NCBI GenBank assembly: GCA_945787555.1
Contig: CALZJG010000122.1
Coordinates: forward strand, 5,674 to 69,673
DNA length: 64,000 nt
Direction: 5' to 3'
Source: an uncultured Chromatiaceae bacterium
Lineage (GTDB): Bacteria; Pseudomonadota; Gammaproteobacteria; DRLM01
The translations under genes and the position numbers were made by a program. A model generated the notes under the pieces. The model searched no databases. It was not told the origin of the DNA and saw nothing but the letters and a program-made list of their open reading frames with translations. Below, piece after piece: positions 50,401 to 58,266 of this stretch (within the stretch, counting starts at the first letter, position 1; each line of letters starts with the position of its first letter).

Positions 50401-51158
50401 AACCGGTGTTGCGCTGGGGCGCGCTAGGACTGGGTCTGTATGCGATATTTCTCGTCGCCACCTTGCCCGCGGCCTGGGTCTACAGTTGGAATCAGGACAA
50501 ACTCGGCAACCTAGCGCTGTACGGTATCCGAGGTAGTCTGTGGTCGGGCCAAGCGGCGCTGGCGCAAGTCGGTAGCGCGCGCCTCGAACACCTCGACTGG
50601 GCGTTCCAGCCCTGGGCCTTACTGCTCGGTCGCGCGCAAGCCGCGCTGGAGTTCGACTATCAAGACACGCCCGGGACGACCGTCATGGGTCGGAGCCTGG
50701 GCGGCCAGCTGCGTCTACGCGATGTCACACTGACTCTCCCAGCAACCCAATTGGACGCCCTGCTCAAGCTACCCGGCGTGACGCTGGGCGGCCAAGTGGA
50801 GGTGGCCTTGGACGCCGTGGACATCACGGCAGGCCGGATCACCTACGCCGCCGGTCTGCTGACATGGCAAAACGCGGCCGTACAACAGCCGGTGCCGACT
50901 GCGCTGGGTACCTTCGTCGCCCACCTGGACACCAACGACGAGAGCGTCACCGCCACCCTTACCGACGACGGCGGCGCGGTGCAAACAGAAGGCTTGTTCG
51001 CCCTCAAGCCGGATGGCAACTACCAATTCAACGGCAGCTTCGCACCGCGCGGCGGCGATCAGTCCGCGGCCATTGCGCAAGGGCTGCGCTTGTTCGGCAA
51101 CGCGGGCCCGGACGGGAAGGTGCATCTCACCCGCAGCGGTGTGTTGCCGCCGCTGTAA
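50397..51158 (+). CDS. gspN: type II secretion protein N
   Basis: 253 aa; N-terminal TM, GspN-family periplasmic region. Confidence 0.7.
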   Translation: MKPVLRWGALGLGLYAIFLVATLPAAWVYSWNQDKLGNLALYGIRGSLWSGQAALAQVGSARLEHLDWAFQPWALLLGRAQAALEFDYQDTPGTTVMGRSLGGQLRLRDVTLTLPATQLDALLKLPGVTLGGQVEVALDAVDITAGRITYAAGLLTWQNAAVQQPVPTALGTFVAHLDTNDESVTATLTDDGGAVQTEGLFALKPDGNYQFNGSFAPRGGDQSAAIAQGLRLFGNAGPDGKVHLTRSGVLPPL

Positions 51159-51225
51159 TCGGCACTGCTTACACGAAATCGAGTGCTGAGATATACTGCG
51201 CGCCGTCTTCCGTGCGGAATCCGCC

Positions 51226-52227
51226 ATGACCATCCTATTTATGTTCGCGATGCTGGTCATCATCGTGATTGCGGCCGAAATCTTCGTCAATGCGTTGGAA
51301 CACATCGGCGAGCGCCTGCGCATTTCCGAGGGTGTCACCGGCTCACTATTCGCCGCCGTGGGCACCGCTTTGCCCGAAACGATGGTGCCCATCCTGGCCA
51401 TTTTCGCCGGCACCGACAATCAAACCGTCAATGAAGAAATCGGCGTCGGCGCCATCCTCGGCGCGCCCTTGATGTTATCCACGCTCGCCATGGGACTGTT
51501 GGCGATTGCCGCCTTTCGTCAGCGCGGCCTGCGCGGCTCATTCACGCCCGAGCGCAGCGGCATGCGCCGCGACTTGAATGTGTTTTTGCTGGCCTTCGGC
51601 CTCGCCGCCGTGGCCTTGTTCGTGCCTCACGACTACATGCTCGTACGGGTGGCCATCGGCTTGGGCTTGGTGCTGCTGTATTTCATTTACGTGATGATGA
51701 CCTTGCGCGCCTCGGCGCAATTGGTCGAAGACGGTCACGCCACCGAAGCGGACCGTCCACTGCTGATCTCCCGCCTCGGCCTACCCACCAACATGGTGAC
51801 CATCTTGGTGCAAATCGCCCTCGGGCTCGCCTTGTTGGTGGCGGGCGCGAAAGGCTTCATCCATGGCGTGGAAGAGATGGCGACCTGGCTAGGCATCTCG
51901 GCCTTGTTGCTGTCGTTGGTGATCGTGCCCATCGCCACCGAGTTGCCGGAGAAAGTGAACAGCTTCCTTTGGGTGCGACGCGGCAAGGACACCTTGGCCT
52001 TCGGCAATCTGACCGGTGCCATGGTGTTTCAAGGCACGCTGCTACCCGCCATCGGCATCTTGCTCACACCGTGGGATCCGCGCACCGAAGTGCTCGCCGG
52101 CGTACTGATCACTCTTGTGGGCGCACTGTGGTTGCGTTTTCTGCTCGCCCGGGGCGGCATCAAGGTTTGGCATGTGATCGTAAATGGCGGCTTGTACGTG
52201 CTCTATCTGAGCATCGCACTGGGTTGA
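51226..52227 (+). CDS. CaCA-family sodium/calcium exchanger membrane protein (YrbG-like)
   Basis: 333 aa; two alpha-repeat regions (GSLFAAVGTALPET..., GNLTGAMVFQGTLLPAIG). Confidence 0.7.
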   Translation: MTILFMFAMLVIIVIAAEIFVNALEHIGERLRISEGVTGSLFAAVGTALPETMVPILAIFAGTDNQTVNEEIGVGAILGAPLMLSTLAMGLLAIAAFRQRGLRGSFTPERSGMRRDLNVFLLAFGLAAVALFVPHDYMLVRVAIGLGLVLLYFIYVMMTLRASAQLVEDGHATEADRPLLISRLGLPTNMVTILVQIALGLALLVAGAKGFIHGVEEMATWLGISALLLSLVIVPIATELPEKVNSFLWVRRGKDTLAFGNLTGAMVFQGTLLPAIGILLTPWDPRTEVLAGVLITLVGALWLRFLLARGGIKVWHVIVNGGLYVLYLSIALG

Positions 52228-52243
52228 CGGCGGCTGGCGGTGC

Positions 52244-52801
52244 TTATTGAATGACGACGCGGGTGCCGATGTTGACCCATTTGGCCAACTGTTCGACTTG
52301 CTCGTCGGTAAGTGCGATGCAGCCATCGGTCCAATTGGCCACGGCATGGAGGCTCCGATCTCCATCGCCAACGCCGTGGATACCGATGTGCCCTCCCAAG
52401 GCGGTGTCCTGCGGCGGCACTTCGCCACGATAAAGCGCACGACGAATCGCGAAATAGGTGTCGAAATCGATCGCCTTGGCGCGGAAGGCGCGCTCAGCCT
52501 GTTCATGACTGGGGTAATCGAGGCCGAAAAACAGATGAAAGCGACTGCGGGCATTGATCCAGGCGACTCGGAATGTCCCCAGTGGCGTGCGCCCGTCCCC
52601 TTCGTGACGATCCTCGGCGGGTCCGTTACGGCCGAAGGAGATATTCTGAAACAACTGTTTGGTTTCGTCGTCCTGCACCACTGCCAGGGTTTGGCGCGCA
52701 GTGTCGATGCGTATCCACGATTCGGCCCCGGCCTGGACGGCGCCAACGGGTAAGCCGCAGACTAATAACAGTACTATAGTGCGCGCCCAATATTGTTGCA
52801 T
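52244..52801 (-). CDS. L,D-transpeptidase (YkuD domain)
   Basis: Signal peptide; catalytic motif HGVGDGDRSLHAVANWTDGCIALT (His...Cys). Confidence 0.8.
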   Translation of the reverse strand: MQQYWARTIVLLLVCGLPVGAVQAGAESWIRIDTARQTLAVVQDDETKQLFQNISFGRNGPAEDRHEGDGRTPLGTFRVAWINARSRFHLFFGLDYPSHEQAERAFRAKAIDFDTYFAIRRALYRGEVPPQDTALGGHIGIHGVGDGDRSLHAVANWTDGCIALTDEQVEQLAKWVNIGTRVVIQ

Positions 52802-53036
52802 ACGAACTTGCTCTTTACTCCACTGTCATTTCCGTTAACAGAATCCGGCGAAGGCCGCGGCCCCCTCACCCTGCCGGCTCGGCTGGCCCATTTGCGCCCC
52901 AAGATCGCGACAGCCTCGTCATTCTTAACGCCCGACCCTAGAAAACCTTGATCACATATGGTATGACACGCGCCACGATACACGCTAGAGTTATAGCATT
53001 CGGCCGCTATATTATCGAACCGGTAAAGGAATCTCT

Positions 53037-54293
53037 GTGACCGCCACTCGCCTCTCTCGCCCTATCCTGCGCTGCGCCCTGTTCTGCTACGCCCTCTTCA
53101 TATGGGCTAATATCAGTCTCGCCGCCGTCTATCCGCTGCCCCCCGAGGGAGCAAGCGTCATCGGCGAACTCCAGGCCTCCGCTGTCCGCCAAGGCGAAAC
53201 GCTGCTGGATATCGCCCGCCGCCATGATTTGGGCTACGAGGAAATCATGGCCGCCAATCCAGGTCTGGATCCGTGGCTGCCCGCAGTCGGCGCGCGCGTA
53301 CTGCTACCCACGCAATACATACTGCCGGACGGCCCGCGCGAGGGCATCGTCGTTAATCTGCCGGAACTACGCTTGTACTACTATCCACCGGCGCAAGCGG
53401 GCAAGCCGCGCGAGGTCATCACCTATCCGGTCGGGATTGGCGCGGAGGGCAAATCCATACCCTTGGCCACCACCAAGATCATCGAAAAGAAAGAGCAGCC
53501 CTCTTGGGTGGTGCCCGAATCCATACTCGCCGAACATGCCGCCGAGGGCGAGATACTGCCACGCGTGGTGCCGCCTGGCCCGGACAATCCGCTAGGCGAT
53601 TTTGCGTTGCGCCTGGGCCTGCCCAGTTATTTGATCCACGGCACTAATCGGCCCTTCAGTGTCGGCATGCGCGTCAGCCACGGCTGCCTACGCATGTATC
53701 CGGAAGACATCAAGACTCTCTTCCCACTCGTGGCGATGAACAGCACGGTGCGCATCGTCGATCAACCCTACAAGGCCGGTTGGCACAACAACATCCTCTA
53801 CTTGGAGGCCCATCACCCCTTGGTGGAGAACAATCCCAACCCGCTCAACAACACCACCCCTGTAGTGCGCGTAGTGGCGGCCTCCTCCAGCGAATATTTG
53901 CATGACGCGGCCTGGCAAGCCGCCAAGCTCGTGGCAAGCCACCACAACGGCATGCCCAGCCCCATCTTCGGGCGCGGCCAGGCCACGCTGGCGGGCACCA
54001 ACACATTACCCCCCCAGGCACCCAAAGTCTCCGCGACCCATCCCTGGTTGGTGCAGGTCGGTGTGTTTCAAGATCCGCGTAGCGTCGCACGCGTGGCGCA
54101 AATGATGCGCCGCCTCGACTTGCCGGTGATGGCCAGCGCCTCGGATGCCCATTGCCGGCTCCTGGTCGGCCCCTTCGCCAGTCGCGAAGAAGCGATGAAC
54201 AGCGGCGCGCGCATCAAACAAGACGCCGGCATCGAGAATTTCCTGGTACCCGCGGCGCGCGTGAATACCAATGCGGGCTGCGATCTGAACTAG
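53037..54293 (+). CDS. L,D-transpeptidase with N-terminal LysM and C-terminal SPOR domain (GTG start)
   Basis: LysM (GETLLDIARRHDLGYEEIMAANPGL), YkuD catalytic SHGCLRM, C-terminal SPOR-like WLVQVGVFQDPRSVARVAQMMRRLDL...LLVGPFASREEAMNSGARIK. Confidence 0.8.
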   Translation: MTATRLSRPILRCALFCYALFIWANISLAAVYPLPPEGASVIGELQASAVRQGETLLDIARRHDLGYEEIMAANPGLDPWLPAVGARVLLPTQYILPDGPREGIVVNLPELRLYYYPPAQAGKPREVITYPVGIGAEGKSIPLATTKIIEKKEQPSWVVPESILAEHAAEGEILPRVVPPGPDNPLGDFALRLGLPSYLIHGTNRPFSVGMRVSHGCLRMYPEDIKTLFPLVAMNSTVRIVDQPYKAGWHNNILYLEAHHPLVENNPNPLNNTTPVVRVVAASSSEYLHDAAWQAAKLVASHHNGMPSPIFGRGQATLAGTNTLPPQAPKVSATHPWLVQVGVFQDPRSVARVAQMMRRLDLPVMASASDAHCRLLVGPFASREEAMNSGARIKQDAGIENFLVPAARVNTNAGCDLN

Positions 54294-54389
54294 GCTCCCA
54301 CCCAAGAAAAACCGGGCGGGTCTGACGACACCGCCCGGTTTGATTGATCGCGCGATGGGCGGGCGTAGCCCGCCCATCGATTACCGCAC

Positions 54390-54725
54390 TTACTTGCTCA
54401 TCGCCTTCTTAAACATGCGATCAGCCTTTTCGTTGGCCGCATCGGCGGCCGCCTTGGCGGCTGCCGCATCACGCGAGGCCTGCTCGGCCATGCGCATGGC
54501 ATCGGAAGCATCGGAAGCATTGGCATTGGCCTGCGCCTGGTTGGCGGTCCCCAGAGCCTTGTCGGCCGTGCTCGTGGCGTCGGCCGCCATGCGCTTGGCT
54601 TCGTCGGCAGTGGCCTGAGCCCTGGCGATGCCGTCATTCAACTCCTTGACGTTAACCTTAGGCGCGCAACCCCCAATCAGCAACGCAGCCACGGGCAGGG
54701 CCACAAGTATCGTCCTTTTCAACAT
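54390..54725 (-). CDS. OprI/Lpp-like major outer-membrane lipoprotein
   Basis: Lipobox LLIGGC; Ala-rich coiled coil; C-terminus ANEKADRMFKKAMSK parallels P. aeruginosa OprI ANERALRMLEKASRK with a terminal Lys. Confidence 0.7.
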   Translation of the reverse strand: MLKRTILVALPVAALLIGGCAPKVNVKELNDGIARAQATADEAKRMAADATSTADKALGTANQAQANANASDASDAMRMAEQASRDAAAAKAAADAANEKADRMFKKAMSK

Positions 54726-55083
54726 GATCGTATCCTCTCTTATTGGATTAAGTTTGCAATGTAAAAAACCAGAAAGCTCTCAGCCGGCTTCCAACCACCT
54801 CACCGGCTCTCATCCCCATCACCGGCATGCTCCTTGGAAGACTAAATATGGCCGGCCAAAATGGCAACGGAATGTAAAACGAAGTTCCATGAAACGCAAA
54901 CAAATCGCTTGGATATTTTCGCGCCGAACTATACACCCCAACACAGCAATATGCACGCACGCCCGGACATGATAGGCGGTCTGCCTCGATGATGCCACTT
55001 GCGCGGGTGCACACGCCGCCCCGGCACGTTACAATGGCGCCCCTAAAAAGACCCCGACGCAACTAGAACTTCCTATCCGCACG

Positions 55084-55638
55084 ATGTCCACATTTGCTCG
55101 TTTCGTCGATGGACTCGCTCGCCGCATCGAATGCGTCAGCGAGTGGGTAGGTCGTCTGTCCGCCTGGCTGGTACTGGCAATGGTAATGTTGGTCTGCTAC
55201 GACGTGGCCATGCGTTATCTCTTCCAGCAAGGCTCAGTGGCACTGCAGGAGCTGGAATGGCACTTGTTCGCGCTGATTTTTTTGTTCGCCGCCGCCTATA
55301 CCTTGAAACACGACGAACATGTCCGCGTGGACCTACTTTATCAGGGTCGCTGGATGACACCGCGGCGACGGGCCTGGGTCAATGTATTCGGCACGGCGTT
55401 TTTTCTGCTGCCCTTCTGCGCGCTGATTATCAGCGGATCGCTCCCTTTCGTACAGAGCGCCTATCAATTCAATGAAGGCTCGCCCGATCCCGGCGGCCTG
55501 CCCTATCGTTGGCTGCTGAAGGCGGCCATCCCGGCCGCCTTCGCCTTGCTGGCCTTGCAAGGCGTGGCCACCCTGATACGAAATCTACAATTACTGGCGT
55601 CCAACTGCCATGCCGCATCCCAGGATCGCGCCGACTGA
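55084..55638 (+). CDS. dctQ: TRAP transporter small permease
   Basis: 184 aa, 4 TM DctQ family. Confidence 0.8.
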   Translation: MSTFARFVDGLARRIECVSEWVGRLSAWLVLAMVMLVCYDVAMRYLFQQGSVALQELEWHLFALIFLFAAAYTLKHDEHVRVDLLYQGRWMTPRRRAWVNVFGTAFFLLPFCALIISGSLPFVQSAYQFNEGSPDPGGLPYRWLLKAAIPAAFALLALQGVATLIRNLQLLASNCHAASQDRAD

Positions 55639-56960
55639 TGGAAATCGAAGCCTGGGCGCTGGTCATGTTTGCGGTGGCCGTGGGGGCCTTACTCCTCGGC
55701 TATCCAGTGGCCTTCACGCTGGGCGCGGTATCACTTGTGTTCGGCTCGATCTTTCTTGGGCTGGGTTTCTTCGATCTGCTCCCCATGCGTATCTGGGGCA
55801 TCATGACCAACTTCACGCTGTTGGCGGTGCCGCTGTTCGTGTTCATGGGGGTGGCGCTGGAAAAGTCCGGCATCGCCGAGGAGCTGCTGGAGACCATGGC
55901 CCGCTTGTTCGGCCGCGTGCGCGGCGGCTTGGCGGTATCCATCGTTTTGGTGGGCACCTTGCTCGCCGCGACCACCGGCGTCGTCGGCGCAACGGTGGTA
56001 ACCATGACCGTCATCGCGCTACCCGCCTTGCTCAAACATGGCTACCGCACGGAGCTGGCCACCGGCACCATCGCCGCCTCAGGCACGCTGGGCCAGATCA
56101 TCCCTCCCAGCGTCATCCTCATTTTGCTAGGGGATGTGATCGGCGTGCCGGTGGGCCAATTGTTTATGAGTGCCATGGTGCCGGGCTTGATGCTCGTCGC
56201 CTTATTCATCGTTTACATCTTGGCGGTGGCCTGGCTCCGCCCCCGCAACGCGCCGGCGATACGTGCAGAGCAGTATGCCGCCCCCTTGGGGGGGCAAGTC
56301 TTGAAGGGCTTGTTGCCACCTTTGGCTCTGGTCATGGCGGTGCTGGGATCGATCTTCTTCGGCATCGCCTCGCCCACCGAATCGGCGGCGGTCGGCGCAC
56401 TGGGCGCCATCGTGTTGGCCGCGCTGCGCCGTCGCATGACGGTGAAGAATCTCAATGAGGCCCTGAGTCAGACTGCGCGGATGACCAGCATGGTATTCCT
56501 GATTCTGATCGGCGCCACCGCCTTCGGCCTGGTGTTCCGCGGCATGGGCGGCGATTTTCTGGTCGAGGAGATCATGACCGAGCTGCCCGGCGGAGAATGG
56601 GGCTTCCTGGCCGCGAGTATGCTGCTGATATTCGTGCTGGGTTTTTTTCTAGATTTCTTGGAAATCTGCTTCATCGTAGTACCGATACTGGCGCCCATCG
56701 CCGAACTGATGGGCATCGACCTGCTGTGGTTTGCAATCCTCATTGCGATGAATCTGCAGACTTCGTTCTTGACCCCCCCGTTCGGCTTTTCGCTGTTCTA
56801 TCTCAAGGCGGCCGCGCCACCTGAAGTGCGCATCGCGCAAATTTACCGCGGCATCATGCCCTTCGTACTGATCCAGCTCGTCGCGCTGGCACTGTTGATC
56901 GTGTACCCCGAAATCACCACCTGGCTGCCGACCTTGATGGATGAGATGCAGGGGCTGTGA
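55638..56960 (+). CDS. dctM: TRAP transporter large permease
   Basis: Start MEIEAWALVMFAVAVG overlaps the dctQ stop (TGATG); 440-aa DctM-family 12-TM permease. The listed ORF start at 55509 is an extension. Confidence 0.85.
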   Translation: MEIEAWALVMFAVAVGALLLGYPVAFTLGAVSLVFGSIFLGLGFFDLLPMRIWGIMTNFTLLAVPLFVFMGVALEKSGIAEELLETMARLFGRVRGGLAVSIVLVGTLLAATTGVVGATVVTMTVIALPALLKHGYRTELATGTIAASGTLGQIIPPSVILILLGDVIGVPVGQLFMSAMVPGLMLVALFIVYILAVAWLRPRNAPAIRAEQYAAPLGGQVLKGLLPPLALVMAVLGSIFFGIASPTESAAVGALGAIVLAALRRRMTVKNLNEALSQTARMTSMVFLILIGATAFGLVFRGMGGDFLVEEIMTELPGGEWGFLAASMLLIFVLGFFLDFLEICFIVVPILAPIAELMGIDLLWFAILIAMNLQTSFLTPPFGFSLFYLKAAAPPEVRIAQIYRGIMPFVLIQLVALALLIVYPEITTWLPTLMDEMQGL

Positions 56961-56970
56961 CCTCCCCCGC

Positions 56971-58056
56971 TCAGCCCTTCAAGGCCCTGGCGTAGGCCGC
57001 TTCGGAGACGGCGTTCCACGCGTCGTTACCAGCACGAAATGCGTCATAGGCCTCGTGTACTTTTTTGAACACCGCATCCTTGGCGCCCAGCTCGGCCAAG
57101 GTTTCGTTCGTCAACACACGCAGCTCGCGTAACATTTCGGCCGGGAATTCCAGCACTTCGACGCCATGCTTGTCACGCAGCTCGCGCAGCGCCTCGACAT
57201 TGCGCGCCTCGAACTCGGACAACATCCACAAATTGCTAGCGGCGGCAGCGGTCTTGACGATGAGCTGCAATCCGCGCGGCAGCCCCTCCCAGGCCTTCTT
57301 GTTGATAGTGATTTCCAAGGTCGGGCCCGGCTCCTGCCAACCGGGGTAATAGTAAAACTTGGCGGCGCGATGCAAACCCAAGCGCAGATCGTGATAGGGC
57401 CCGACCCACTCGGTGGCGTCGATGGTCCCGCGCTCCAAGGCGGTGTAAATCTCACCGCCGGCCATCAGCACCGGATTCACGCCAGCCTTGGCGATGACCT
57501 TGCCACCCAGTCCGGGGATACGCATCTTCAAGCCCTTGAGATCGGCGAGACCGGCGATCTTCTTACGAAACCATCCGCCCATTTGCACGCCCGTATTGCC
57601 CATAGGGAAAGCCACGACGTTATAGGGCGCATAGACCTCATGCCACAAGTCCAAGCCCCCGCCGCCGTACAGCCAAGCGTTCATGCCTTGCGCGGTCATA
57701 CCGAAAGGCACGGCCGTAAAGAACTGCGCGGCGGGAATCTTGCCCGCCCAGTAATAAGCGGCACCGTGACCCATCTCCACGGTACCTTGCGAAACGGCAT
57801 CGAAAGTTTGTAAAGGGGGGATCAATTCGCCGCCGGCGAACACGTTTATGCTCAGCTGACCCCCGCTCATCACCCGCACTTCCTTGGCGAAACGCTCCAC
57901 ACCTTGCTGAAAAATAGGGAAATTAGGCGGCCAAGTGGTGACCATTTTCCAGTTGAGACGCTTGCGGGCCGCTACCGCGCTGCCGGCGCTGGTCAACAAG
58001 CCCGCGCCCAGCGCCGCACCCGCCCCCATTTTTTTCATGAAATCACGCCGTTGCAT
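56971..58056 (-). CDS. dctP: TRAP transporter substrate-binding protein (DctP family) with Tat signal
   Basis: Twin-arginine motif RRDFMKK; DctP-type fold; convergent to dctQM. Confidence 0.8.
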   Translation of the reverse strand: MQRRDFMKKMGAGAALGAGLLTSAGSAVAARKRLNWKMVTTWPPNFPIFQQGVERFAKEVRVMSGGQLSINVFAGGELIPPLQTFDAVSQGTVEMGHGAAYYWAGKIPAAQFFTAVPFGMTAQGMNAWLYGGGGLDLWHEVYAPYNVVAFPMGNTGVQMGGWFRKKIAGLADLKGLKMRIPGLGGKVIAKAGVNPVLMAGGEIYTALERGTIDATEWVGPYHDLRLGLHRAAKFYYYPGWQEPGPTLEITINKKAWEGLPRGLQLIVKTAAAASNLWMLSEFEARNVEALRELRDKHGVEVLEFPAEMLRELRVLTNETLAELGAKDAVFKKVHEAYDAFRAGNDAWNAVSEAAYARALKG

Positions 58057-58266
58057 GCTTATCTCCCCTTTCGCAAGCTGTGTCGGAAGGCATTATACCG
58101 ACAGACTCGGCGAGGTGTTTTTCCAAGAAAACTGGTCAGGCACTGAGATTTTTGTCATTATCAGTCTTGCTAACAACTAATGTGACTGCAACGATAAGGC
58201 TGGCCCTGTAGCATGGAGCGCCCTGCCTGCCGCAATGGCGCGGTCCAGAAAATATTGTGATTTTAT

